57,734 nt of DNA from a bacterium (GCA_030697525.1 JAUYPW010000030.1:1-57734), one strand, 5' to 3'. Positions 1 to 8,869 are shown, counted from the stretch's first letter. The notes: generated from the letters alone by a model not told the origin. Program-made: numbers and translations.

Positions 1-1
1 C

Positions 2-700
2 CTACCCATCAAAAAGATTCTGTACTTCTTTCCAAATCAAATTATGTATTTCCGCCTCCAGCATGATTTTGCCATCTCTCATACAGTCAACCAAAACATG
101 CCGCCCACTGACAAAAGTCTCAATGATCCATTTGTAGCAAGAATGACTATTTACTATATGCTGATAATCCCGCTCGTGAGCATCTCTTTTTTCACCTTCA
201 TCAAGATGCTGACGGTCTTGTTTTAGATCTATAAGCCTGTTGGCAATCTCCGGAACAACGTCCAGCACCAGCACCAAATCCGGCCTCGGAATTTTCAGAC
301 GATCGTACTCAAGACTATAAAGCCATTGTACAAAATCTTTTCTTTTTTCAAGGTTTTTTATTTTACCGCCTTGGTGAGCCGCGTTAGAGTCAACATAACG
401 ATCCGCAACAACCACCAAGCCATCTCTCAACCATTTTTTAATCTTTCCCGCATGCGCAGCGCGATCAAAAGCAAAAGCAAGTGAATCCCTTTCTGGGTGC
501 ATTTTTGTCGCTTCTTTGGCAAACTCTTTGCTTTTTAAAATAGCTTCAACGGCCGATGCGGACGGATGACCGTACTGGGGAAACGATATGGAAACAGATT
601 TAATCCCTTCGTTATTTAACCTCTCCACTAAAATTCTAGCCTGTGTTCCTTTACCACTGCCGTCCGTACCTTCCAAGGCTATTAAAAAACCTTTTTGCAT
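2..700 (-). CDS. tmk: dTMP (thymidylate) kinase
   Basis: Complete ORF including its stop. N-terminal P-loop ALEGTDGSGKGTQ and Tmk-like length. GGAGG a few nt upstream of the ATG at 700. Confidence 0.9.
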   Translation of the reverse strand: MQKGFLIALEGTDGSGKGTQARILVERLNNEGIKSVSISFPQYGHPSASAVEAILKSKEFAKEATKMHPERDSLAFAFDRAAHAGKIKKWLRDGLVVVADRYVDSNAAHQGGKIKNLEKRKDFVQWLYSLEYDRLKIPRPDLVLVLDVVPEIANRLIDLKQDRQHLDEGEKRDAHERDYQHIVNSHSCYKWIIETFVSGRHVLVDCMRDGKIMLEAEIHNLIWKEVQNLFDG

Positions 701-833
701 AGAACCTCCGTGTGTTATAGATAACAGAGCTTCGTTGATTATAGCTTATAATTGATAACTTACAACCGATGGTTAGTTTTTGCTTTATATAAGCCACTTT
801 TGGGCTATTTTGGCTTAAACCCCTTGTTAGCAC

Positions 834-862
834 TTGACAGGAAGTCATTTTGGGTGTATAAT
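834..862 (+). promoter_or_regulatory. sigma70-type promoter with perfect consensus (TTGACA, 17-nt spacer, TATAAT) upstream of the GC-rich gene
   Basis: TTGACA at 834-839 and TATAAT at 857-862, read directly, lying in the AT-rich spacer about 100 nt upstream of the ATG at 964. Confidence 0.5.
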
Positions 863-963
863 TGGGGCAGAAGATAAGTTTTGACAATAAAAAAAGAGGT
901 TAAGTGAGCGAGCCTGGGAAGGCAAGCTCGGGCCCGAAACGATTCATAAAAGGAGATGCTACC

Positions 964-1746
964 ATGAAGACGACGCCAGAAGAAGACGCCGCCCGTGAAG
1001 CAGAAGCCGCCGCAGCTCTGAACCAGACAGGTTCTCAGCCAGCCGCCGCTCCCCCTCCCGCAGTTTCCCCCGACACGGCCTCCCCGGCCCCCGCTCCTGC
1101 AGCGGCAGAAGTTCCTCCGACGTCGGCCCCCAAGCCGCCCGAGGAGAAGAAGAACGACCCGCCGCGCGACACGCGTGGCAAGCCCGACTTCAACGCCCGT
1201 CCCGGCCGCGACGGAAACCCCGGTGCCAAGGGCGAAGCCGGAAAGCCGGGCGAGCCTGGCAAAGCTGGGATGAACGGCAAAGACGGCGAAAAAGGTGACC
1301 GCGGTCCCGCTGGTCCCTGCGGAGTCGATGCTCCCCGTGGTCTGCTGTACCTCGCTCTCGCACTCGGGTTCGTCGCAATCATCTGGTGCTTCGGCCTCAG
1401 CAACAGCAAGGTCTCGGTCGTGGACTTCAATGCCGCGCTCAAGACTATCGGCACCCGCTTCCAGACCATGGAAGATGCCGATCGGCTCATCATGGGCGAG
1501 GTCAGCGGCCTGAAGGATCGCATGCAGACGGCCGAAGCCTATCTGAAGAGTGTCTCCAAGACGGCCGAGCTTACGAAGATGGACGTTGCGGAGCACGGTA
1601 AGCGGATCAGCGGGCTCGCAAAGAAGGTGACCACAGTTACGGAAGCCCACAATGCGCTTAACACGCGTGTGATATTAGTGGAAAACGGAACCGGATTTGC
1701 GCCCGATGCAGCCGAGAAGATCCGGGCATTCCTGGCCAAGCAGTAA
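964..1746 (+). CDS. collagen-like (G-X-Y repeat) single-pass membrane protein with coiled-coil-like C-terminal half
   Basis: The ORF track starts at GTG 904, but the in-frame ATG at 964 follows AAAGGAG at 948-954. A Pro/Ala-rich N-terminus is followed by 13 consecutive G-X-Y triplets (GRDGNPGAKGEAGKPGEPGKAGMNGKDGEKGDRGPAGPCG). A hydrophobic helix LLYLALALGFVAIIWCFGL follows. All other frames also carry ORFs here, which is typical of GC-rich DNA. Confidence 0.7.
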   Translation: MKTTPEEDAAREAEAAAALNQTGSQPAAAPPPAVSPDTASPAPAPAAAEVPPTSAPKPPEEKKNDPPRDTRGKPDFNARPGRDGNPGAKGEAGKPGEPGKAGMNGKDGEKGDRGPAGPCGVDAPRGLLYLALALGFVAIIWCFGLSNSKVSVVDFNAALKTIGTRFQTMEDADRLIMGEVSGLKDRMQTAEAYLKSVSKTAELTKMDVAEHGKRISGLAKKVTTVTEAHNALNTRVILVENGTGFAPDAAEKIRAFLAKQ

Positions 1747-1862
1747 ACCTTCCTCCGCAAGTCATACGGCTTGCAGAAAAAGGAGCTAATAGAATGAAGT
1801 GAAAGACAGAAAGTTTACACGGCAGCCCCGGGAGAGGCTGGAAACAGAATATCTCCCAAACC

Positions 1863-1896
1863 AAAGTCCCGCTACGCACCTGCGTATCGGGACTTT
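1863..1896. terminator. extended GC-rich hairpin between convergent genes (candidate bidirectional terminator)
   Basis: AAAGTCCCG-C-TACGCA-CC-TGCGTA-T-CGGGACTTT, followed by an AT-rich stretch. It lies between the stop at 1746 (+) and the stop at 1914 (-). Confidence 0.45.
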
Positions 1897-1913
1897 ATAA
1901 TTCCTAAAATACT

Positions 1914-4523
1914 TTACTTGTAACCCAGGAAGGATTTCACCGACCCCAGATCCCAGTCTTTTTTATTCAGCCAGCCGTGGCCGATATATTGAGACTTCCC
2001 ATCCGGAAGTTGTTTTATAACCCGGTAGACATCTTTGCTCGGATGTTCTAGGTCAAATATCTGGCCCTTAGCATTTTCGGCCACAAAAAATATTTTGTCT
2101 GATACCGGCAATTCATCTTTGACCAAAACATCCTTTGTAAAACCTAGCTGGCGGTCAAAGTTTGTTAATGCTTCGCGAAGCTCATCGGGTGTATCTATGT
2201 ATGACATGGTTTTGCCAAACGTTCTGGAAAATGCCCAAGCTTTCTCATTGGACAAATTCAAGCCGGTGGTTTTACTTTCATTCAGAAGATAATTATACAC
2301 AAAGGCCTGTCTTTCTTTTTCACCACTAAGCGCTTCAAATGCTTTTTCCAAATCACTTCTTACGGGTTCCGGCGCAGATTCCGGCAAGGGAATTTCTGCG
2401 GGAGGAGTTTCGGGAGCAACAGGAACGGCGGCTACTTTCGCTTCCGGCAAACCCGCCTGTCCGGCAGGCAGGAATCCGGGCTCAATCCCTGATTCGGCTT
2501 TAAAATCCAAAACCCATTTGCCGCCTACTTTATAAATAAAAACTTTATCATATTTGCCGCCGCCAATATCCGGCCCCCCATGCACTAAGTCTTTTACTCT
2601 ACCCCCCTGCGCTTCGGCAAGGGTGTTTACCAAATTAGCCGTTTGTGTCTCCGCCCACTTATCTAAAGCCGTAACATCATTTAAATCTCCGGTGTAGCCC
2701 ATCTCGCGGGCGTGCGCCTCTACAATATGTTTGGTGGACTGCCAGATTGAGTCATGACCTATAATTCCCTTGTTATCAATCAAGTCCTCCCACGGCACGG
2801 TTGTTTTTGGTGTCTCTCCAGCGCCGAATAAAATCCCATTGAGCCATTCCTCAAATGTCATACCCAACCCAGTTACCTCCATTTTCCCATAACGATCTAT
2901 CATCTGCTGGGCGGTGGCACCATCCTTAGCCTCAATTCTTTCCAACATATATTTCAATATTTTTTTTGCCTCGTTCTCGTCCAATCCATCTTTCAAATCA
3001 ATGCCGAGCAATTCCTCCCAAGACGGACCATTTTCCCCAACTATATCCGGCAATTTATCCGCCGCCCCTCCCGCCATCCAGTCCCAGAATTTATCAAAAG
3101 CTGGTTTGAGCATAAGAAGAGCGGTTCCCGCTACCACTGTTTTTCCCGCATAGTCGCCGTACTTTCCAAGCATGGCCAGGGTATCTACTGCCCCCGCCTG
3201 CCCCAGCATGCGGTCAAAATCATTCAGACGCTTGCGATAATTATTAAACACCCTTTCCTTTTCGTAATCTTTTTTGGCCTTGTGCCAGTCTGTGCGGCTT
3301 TCTATTTTGCCAATTTTTTTATTTAAATTATTTACCGATTTTTCTATATGCCAGGTGAAAAAACCGTTTGAGATTTTGCTAATCAAACCGGCTTCCGGAT
3401 TATTTCGCAGACGATCTTTCAGGCTCACGGGTATGTCTTCCTGATAGGCTTTTTTGAGTGCCTCCACTCCAACTCCGTTTCCTCCTTTTTCCGAATCGTA
3501 TATCCCTCCAGCTTTTTCATATACCCTTTTGGCCTCTTCTATCGCCTCGTCCGCGTCCTGAATTCTGGTTTTTTCAATCGCTTTTTCACTTTTTAGACGA
3601 GCTTCTTTGAGCATGTCAGACGTTACTGCGGCCCCTGCCGCCAGAATAGACACATATCTCAAAGGTAGGGTCGCCGTCCAGCCGATGACATCGGCAACGG
3701 GCCTCGCAACATTGTAAACATTTTTACCCACATATCCGACATTGCCCAGAGTTCTCCGGCGGCCTTTTTCAATATCCTCCATTTTCTTGTCCGCCACTTC
3801 GGCATCCCGAACTGATTTCTCCCAAATAGCAGACAGAAATCTGTCCGTAAATCCTCGCTCTTTGGGATCAATTTTTCCTTCGGCCCACTTTACCATAGCC
3901 GCCAATCTTTCCCCTTTGCCTCTTTCCATCCAGTAGCCGATATTACTCAAACTGAAACCCACCCCCTGACGAACCTCTTCCGGAAGTTTAGCAATCTCGG
4001 CTTCAATCGCTTTTTGATTGTCCGCAACTTGTTCGGGCAGAGCCACCACCTCCGGGGCAACCCCAGCCGCTACCATAGCTTCCGGCGTTACTTCTGCCGG
4101 AGCCGGCTCTATTTTTACAGCCTCAACCGTTTCTTCCTTTTTTGGCTCCTCTCTGGGTTCTACTTTGGGGTCTTCTTTTTTCTCTTCTTTATTGGCCCCC
4201 TTCATTTGCGCGTATTCTTTCTCCGCCTCCTGCCAATCCCATTTCTCCATAAATTTTTGCGCCTCTGGAGTCCACGGGGTAATGCCATTATCCTCTAGTA
4301 TCTTATCAGTCTTGTCAGCCGGAATCTCTCCTCTCATTCTTTTCTCAAATATATCGTAAGCCTTTTTTCTTATCTCCTGTTCCTCTTCCGGCGTCCATTT
4401 TTTAGGCTCTTCTTTGGTTTTTACCGGAGTCTCCGCCCTGTCCGGTACACCTTCAAATGTATCTGAACCTACCGGAGACACTCCTTTTAAATCAGGTATG
4501 TCTTGGTTCTCAAAATTTTTCAT
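1914..4523 (-). CDS. large hypothetical protein (869 aa) with a charged N-terminal module that is paralogous to 7330..8220
   Basis: Long uninterrupted ORF. No catalytic motif recognised. Lys/Glu-rich N-terminus, Pro/Ala-rich linkers and two to three hydrophobic stretches mid-protein. Confidence 0.7.
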   Translation of the reverse strand: MKNFENQDIPDLKGVSPVGSDTFEGVPDRAETPVKTKEEPKKWTPEEEQEIRKKAYDIFEKRMRGEIPADKTDKILEDNGITPWTPEAQKFMEKWDWQEAEKEYAQMKGANKEEKKEDPKVEPREEPKKEETVEAVKIEPAPAEVTPEAMVAAGVAPEVVALPEQVADNQKAIEAEIAKLPEEVRQGVGFSLSNIGYWMERGKGERLAAMVKWAEGKIDPKERGFTDRFLSAIWEKSVRDAEVADKKMEDIEKGRRRTLGNVGYVGKNVYNVARPVADVIGWTATLPLRYVSILAAGAAVTSDMLKEARLKSEKAIEKTRIQDADEAIEEAKRVYEKAGGIYDSEKGGNGVGVEALKKAYQEDIPVSLKDRLRNNPEAGLISKISNGFFTWHIEKSVNNLNKKIGKIESRTDWHKAKKDYEKERVFNNYRKRLNDFDRMLGQAGAVDTLAMLGKYGDYAGKTVVAGTALLMLKPAFDKFWDWMAGGAADKLPDIVGENGPSWEELLGIDLKDGLDENEAKKILKYMLERIEAKDGATAQQMIDRYGKMEVTGLGMTFEEWLNGILFGAGETPKTTVPWEDLIDNKGIIGHDSIWQSTKHIVEAHAREMGYTGDLNDVTALDKWAETQTANLVNTLAEAQGGRVKDLVHGGPDIGGGKYDKVFIYKVGGKWVLDFKAESGIEPGFLPAGQAGLPEAKVAAVPVAPETPPAEIPLPESAPEPVRSDLEKAFEALSGEKERQAFVYNYLLNESKTTGLNLSNEKAWAFSRTFGKTMSYIDTPDELREALTNFDRQLGFTKDVLVKDELPVSDKIFFVAENAKGQIFDLEHPSKDVYRVIKQLPDGKSQYIGHGWLNKKDWDLGSVKSFLGYK

Positions 4524-4566
4524 AAAATTTATATTACAATATTTGGACTATTATATAGTTATTGTC

Positions 4567-5085
4567 CTACTTTTTATTTTTATCCGCAAGTCTGATATAC
4601 ACACCCCTCACTGCCCAGGCGGAAACCAGCCCCACTATTAGTCCTCCCAAAATATCGCTTGGATAATGCACGCCTGCCGCTACCCTTCCAAGCCCTATGA
4701 GCAAAGCGATTATTAAATAGCAAATTCCTTTCTTTTTGTTGTGAATATATACAAAGAAAGCCAGACCAAAGGCAAAGGCCGCGTGCCCCGATGGGAAAGA
4801 GCTTCCGGTAGTGTGGTCAACGAGCTGTCTCACATTTTCCAAAATCTCAAAAGGCCGGGAACGATCATAAAAAAAGCGGATAATTTCGGTCACCAAAAAA
4901 CGGCTGAAGACAGCCGTTACCAAAGCGAAGGCGGCAACCCAAAAATTTTTCCAAACCAAAGCCCATATCAACAAAAACAATATCAGAAAGTATAAAAGAT
5001 AATCAGCCGCAAAGACGATCAGTCGGTCACTCCAAATATTTATTCCGGCTACTTGGTTTAGTAATTTAAATAAAAAAATATCCAT
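4567..5085 (-). CDS. PAP2-family phosphatase (undecaprenyl-diphosphatase / BcrC-like)
   Basis: Polytopic membrane protein with PAP2 motifs: SFPSGHAAFAF and RVAAGVHYPSDILGG. Confidence 0.8.
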   Translation of the reverse strand: MDIFLFKLLNQVAGINIWSDRLIVFAADYLLYFLILFLLIWALVWKNFWVAAFALVTAVFSRFLVTEIIRFFYDRSRPFEILENVRQLVDHTTGSSFPSGHAAFAFGLAFFVYIHNKKKGICYLIIALLIGLGRVAAGVHYPSDILGGLIVGLVSAWAVRGVYIRLADKNKK

Positions 5086-5909
5086 TACTCTTTAGCTAAA
5101 GCAATTAAATTTTTAAAGAGAATGGCTACCGTCACCGGCCCCACTCCTCCGGGAACGGGAGTTATAAAGCCGGCTCTTTGGCTAGCCGATTCAAAATCAA
5201 CATCGCCAGAAAGCTTGCCGCCGGATTCCGAAGTTCCGGCATCAATAACCACCGCTCCCTTTTTTATCCAGTCGCCTTTTATAAATTTGGGCTTGCCTAT
5301 GCCGGTTATTAAAACATCGGCTTTTTTTATAATTTCTTCCGGACTTAACGTACCAGATTCAACCAAAGAAAAACCGACTTTTTCGTTGAGAAACCAAAGA
5401 CCTGTCGGTTTTCCGACAAGAGAACCCGCGCCGACAATAACTATGCTCTTTCCCTGAAAATCGATTTTGTACTCCTCCAGCAAAGCCTTTACCGCACCAG
5501 CGACGGGAGGCATAACTTCGCTTTTCCCTACGACAAAATTACCAACTGCTTTGGTTGAAAGAACATCCACGTCTTTTTCGGGCACTATGGCATTTAGAAT
5601 ATATTGGGTATTAAGATGTTTTGGCAGAGGAAGCTGAATTATGACTCCGGTATTTCTTTTTTCGTGCATTATTTCCGAAAGACGTTTACGCAGTTCATTG
5701 GTAGTAATTTCCTCCGCAAATGGGTAAATTTTAAAATCAATCCCCAGAAATTCCGCGGCTTTTCTTTTCTGATTTATGAATTTCTCCACCACCGGATTTT
5801 GGCCAACCACAACAACGGCCAACCGTAACTTTTTATTTAAACCAGTAATTTCTGTTTTTAGTTCTCCTAGGATTTTTTCGCCTAATTTTTTACCATCTAG
5901 TATGACCAT
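5085..5909 (-). CDS. folD: bifunctional 5,10-methylene-THF dehydrogenase / methenyl-THF cyclohydrolase
   Basis: FolD-like over its full length (MVILDGKKLGEKI..., GAGSLVGKP, PVPGGVGPVT). The start is moved to the ATG at 5909, because the track's 29-aa N-terminal extension runs through the structured element at 5919..6072. Confidence 0.9.
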   Translation of the reverse strand: MVILDGKKLGEKILGELKTEITGLNKKLRLAVVVVGQNPVVEKFINQKRKAAEFLGIDFKIYPFAEEITTNELRKRLSEIMHEKRNTGVIIQLPLPKHLNTQYILNAIVPEKDVDVLSTKAVGNFVVGKSEVMPPVAGAVKALLEEYKIDFQGKSIVIVGAGSLVGKPTGLWFLNEKVGFSLVESGTLSPEEIIKKADVLITGIGKPKFIKGDWIKKGAVVIDAGTSESGGKLSGDVDFESASQRAGFITPVPGGVGPVTVAILFKNLIALAKE

Positions 5910-5918
5910 CTTGTTTTT

Positions 5919-6072
5919 GGGGCGCGGTCGAGGTAATGCTCGTAGAAAACCATAGAAAGTTTGGCTTGCTTGGTTCCGCTTCCAGCGGAAAGCCAAACTT
6001 TCTCTGAGTGAGTCCTGCCGCTGGAGCAGGACGAACGTGTTTTCTTAGAGCGTTACCGAGGGAACCGCGCCC
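5919..6072 (-). ncRNA. 154-nt structured intergenic element, copy 1 (candidate cis-acting RNA or MITE-like repeat)
   Basis: It fills the glyA-folD gap almost exactly. Terminal inverted repeat GGGCGCGGTTCCCTCGGTAA / TTACCTCGACCGCGCCCC. Internal hairpins GTCCTGC-TCCAGCG-GCAGGAC and TTCCGC-TGGAA-GCGGAA. Co-linear with the copy at 21969..22122. Confidence 0.5.
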
Positions 6073-6076
6073 TGCC

Positions 6077-7333
6077 CTAAAAAATTTTAAATTTAGCGCA
6101 AAGCTTTCTTACTTCTTTTCTAATCATAATCTGCGGCTGTTTCTCCAGTAATGTATCATAAATCAGCTTTGCCACAATTTTCATCTCCTTTTCTTTCATC
6201 CCGCGAGTGGTTACAGACGGCGTGCCCAGACGAATTCCCGAAGGGTCAAACGGAGAACGGGTGTCGTGGGGAATGGTATTGCGGTTTACCACAACTCCGG
6301 CCTCTTCAAGCTTGTCCTGCGCGACTTTACCGGAAATTCCAAGGTTAGTGAGATCAATCAGCATCAAATGATTGTCTGTACCGCCGGACACCAGACTAAA
6401 ACCCAGTTTTTTTAATTCTTGGGCGAGCGCCTTCGCATTTTTTACTATCTCGTGGCCATATTTTTTGAAAGATGGTTTTAGAGCCTCGGCGAGAGCAACA
6501 GCGATGGCCGCGGTTTGGTTGTCGTGCGGTCCCCCCTGAAAAACAGGAAAAATTGATTTATCAATCGCTTTGGCCAGATCAATTTTATTTTCTTTGGCAA
6601 TTTTTGAATCGCAATTGGCAAAAATAATTGCTCCTCGCGGGCCCCGAAGAGTTTTGTGAGTAGTGGTGGTTACAACGTCCGCGTATGGAAAAGGAGAAGG
6701 ATGCGCCCCCGCGGCAATGAGTCCCGCGATATGAGCCATATCTACCATCAGATACGCCCCTACTTCATGAGCGATATCGGCAAATTTTTTAAAATCTATA
6801 GTACGCGGATACGCAGTAGCTCCTGCCACAATTATTTTCGGTTTTTCTTGATCAGCTAATTTTTTTATTTCCTCATAGTCCAGCAAACCGTCTTTATTTA
6901 AAGTATATTGCACCGGAGTATAAATTTGCCCCGTAATACTTGCTTTCCAACCGTGAGTCAAATGCCCGCCAAAAGGAAGCGACAGACCCATAAGTTTATC
7001 CCCGGGCTTTAACAGGGCGTAGTAGACCGCCAAGTTGGCCGGAGAGCCTGAATAGGCCGCAACATTTACATGCCAGTTTTTACCCAGTTTAAAAACATGC
7101 CTCGCCCGCTCTTGCGCCAGAATTTCAATTTGATCAATTATTTTATTGCCGCCATAGTACCGTTTCCCAGGATACCCTTCCGAATATTTGTTGGTAAGTT
7201 CCGAACCCAGAGCCTCCCGTACCGCGCGCGAGACAATATTTTCCGAAGGAATCAAACCAAGCGTCTCACCCTGGCGCTTGATTTCTGCTTTTATCAATTT
7301 GTCTACCAAGGGATCAGCTTTTTTTAAAATCAT
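6077..7333 (-). CDS. glyA: serine hydroxymethyltransferase
   Basis: SHMT-like throughout: LIPSENIVSRAVREALGS, YPGKRYYGG, and the PLP-lysine region TTTTHKTLRGPRG. Confidence 0.95.
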   Translation of the reverse strand: MILKKADPLVDKLIKAEIKRQGETLGLIPSENIVSRAVREALGSELTNKYSEGYPGKRYYGGNKIIDQIEILAQERARHVFKLGKNWHVNVAAYSGSPANLAVYYALLKPGDKLMGLSLPFGGHLTHGWKASITGQIYTPVQYTLNKDGLLDYEEIKKLADQEKPKIIVAGATAYPRTIDFKKFADIAHEVGAYLMVDMAHIAGLIAAGAHPSPFPYADVVTTTTHKTLRGPRGAIIFANCDSKIAKENKIDLAKAIDKSIFPVFQGGPHDNQTAAIAVALAEALKPSFKKYGHEIVKNAKALAQELKKLGFSLVSGGTDNHLMLIDLTNLGISGKVAQDKLEEAGVVVNRNTIPHDTRSPFDPSGIRLGTPSVTTRGMKEKEMKIVAKLIYDTLLEKQPQIMIRKEVRKLCAKFKIF

Positions 7334-8220
7334 TTCATCATTTTCCCTTTCTTCATAACGCTCTCGGCCATATAAAGAGAAATAATAAGCCCCATAAGCA
7401 GGGCGCCCAGAGCCAGGCCACCGATAAGCCCCAAAGCAGAGAAGATTTTATCCATTAGACCCTTGGCCTGTCCTTTTGTTTGCTCAAGTTCTTTTTGTTC
7501 CGCTTCTCCGCCCTCTCCGGATTCCGCAGTCTTCACGAATTTGTTGGCGGCATTGGTTAGAGTCTCAATATCTGATCTTATAGTCCCTTTTATTTCAAAT
7601 TTATCCAGAGTCTCGCTTAATTTTTTCTTTCTCTCGTCCTCGTTTTCAATCTTAACGGCCGAAGTGATGTCTTTTATAAAATCTTTCAGGGTCTCACCTT
7701 TTTCCCCTTCCTTAAAATCTTTCATCCAAGGAATTGTGTCCGGAGGAAGACGATCAAGCATTTTCTCCATGACCGAACCCATGTTATCTTTAGTTATTTT
7801 TTCTTCGCTGTTTATTTCATTTATAACTCCAACCGTGGCAACAAGAGCTTCTTTTGCTTTGGCTATATTTTCATGTCCCGCCATCAAAGCAAAGGTTTCC
7901 AATATTCTACTAAAAAGGTTGCCTCCTTCTTTCCTCTTCTCAAATTCCTTTTCCGCGTACTCCCAGTCTTTTTTATTCATGAATTTTTCCGCCTCGGGGG
8001 TAAGAGGTTTTAGTCCTTCTGCCAAAATCATTGCATCAATTTCTTTGTCCAGCCCTCTGTCCGCCATCCTTTCTCCATATTTTTTTGCCCGTATTTTTTG
8101 GATCTCCGCTTCTTCCGCTGGCGTCCATTTTTTAGCCTCCGGACTGGCTGCCGGTTTTTCTTTGGCCTCCTCTGGTTTCGGAGCTTCTTTATTTTCAGTT
8201 GTTGGGTTTTCGAAATCCAT
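7330..8220 (-). CDS. hypothetical protein (296 aa) with a C-terminal transmembrane anchor; its N-terminus is paralogous to 1914..4523
   Basis: Overlaps the glyA start by 4 nt. Lys/Glu-rich, with a C-terminal hydrophobic helix LGLIGGLALGALLMGLIISLYM. Confidence 0.65.
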   Translation of the reverse strand: MDFENPTTENKEAPKPEEAKEKPAASPEAKKWTPAEEAEIQKIRAKKYGERMADRGLDKEIDAMILAEGLKPLTPEAEKFMNKKDWEYAEKEFEKRKEGGNLFSRILETFALMAGHENIAKAKEALVATVGVINEINSEEKITKDNMGSVMEKMLDRLPPDTIPWMKDFKEGEKGETLKDFIKDITSAVKIENEDERKKKLSETLDKFEIKGTIRSDIETLTNAANKFVKTAESGEGGEAEQKELEQTKGQAKGLMDKIFSALGLIGGLALGALLMGLIISLYMAESVMKKGKMMK

Positions 8221-8230
8221 TGTCTGCTAA

Positions 8231-8869
8231 TTATATCATTGATTTCATCATCTGGTCAAAGTCGGATTTGTTCAAAATTCCGGTCCTAAGCACCACGGGT
8301 CTGTCTCTGGTGAAATCTATAACCAGAGAGGGCTCTCCTCTTAACTCGCCCCCGTCTACAACCAAATCCGGCTGATTTTTTTTATCAGAAAAATAATTTT
8401 TAATATCCTCCGTATTCTTTGCCGGAGGTTCGCCGGCCAAATTAGCCGATGTTTGCGCCAATGGTAAATCTAGCTTTTCTAAAATATTTGAGATTAATTT
8501 GTTATCAGGTATCCTCATGCCGATAGTATCTTTCCCTCCGGTAAGTTCTTTGGCCAGTTTACCTTTGTGATGAAAAATCATCGTAACTTTTCCAGGCCAA
8601 ACTTTTTCTAAAAATTCGGCTTTGGAGTCGGAGATATAAGCATACTTGCGGGCTGTGGGAATATCTTTAACAAAAACAGATAATGGTTTGTCCTCCGCTC
8701 TATCTTTAATAGCAAAAATTTTTTTGACAGCTTTGGAATCGTCCGCTTTGGTCAGCAGTCCGTAGACAGTGTCTGTGGGAGCCGCCACAACCCCACCGCC
8801 ACGCAAGACCGTTTCGGTTTCCAGAAAAACACCGAAATAATTTTCATCATTTAACTCTAAAATTTTCAT
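8231..8869 (-). CDS. tsaC: L-threonylcarbamoyladenylate synthase (YrdC/Sua5/TsaC family)
   Basis: YrdC-domain signature VVAAPTDTVYGLL...AIKDR...SANLAGEPP. Confidence 0.8.
   Translation of the reverse strand: MKILELNDENYFGVFLETETVLRGGGVVAAPTDTVYGLLTKADDSKAVKKIFAIKDRAEDKPLSVFVKDIPTARKYAYISDSKAEFLEKVWPGKVTMIFHHKGKLAKELTGGKDTIGMRIPDNKLISNILEKLDLPLAQTSANLAGEPPAKNTEDIKNYFSDKKNQPDLVVDGGELRGEPSLVIDFTRDRPVVLRTGILNKSDFDQMMKSMI

Noticed and set aside
805-1879. Multiple long ORFs on both strands in the track, including 805..1650 (-, 281 aa), 1035..1523 (-), 1190..1378 (-), 1295..1513 (+), 1386..1601 (+), 1539..1760 (-) and 1658..1879 (-).
   Set aside because: They are shadow ORFs caused by the GC-rich composition, which makes stop codons rare. 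Their translations are Arg/Gly/Ala junk with no ribosome-binding site. Only the + frame from 964 has a Shine-Dalgarno site, a promoter and recognisable protein architecture.
5910-5996. 29-codon N-terminal extension of folD in the ORF track (MAFRWKRNQASQ...).
   Set aside because: The extension runs through the structured 154-nt element. FolD homology begins at MVILDGKK (ATG 5909).
5919-6072. A ZTP (pfl) or THF riboswitch upstream of folD.
   Set aside because: The genomic context fits. However, I could not find the ZTP signature (a GGGUCGUG...CCGGGCGGA core with a 3' CCGCCUGGGC pseudoknot) or a THF-type fold by eye. A covariance-model scan would be decisive.
7463-8230. 255-aa ORF on the + strand, antisense to 7330..8220.
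   Set aside because: It is the mirror of a Lys/Glu-rich gene, with a Phe/Ser/Leu low-complexity translation and no start context. The minus-strand ORF overlaps glyA by 4 nt in the operon and shares a module with 1914..4523.
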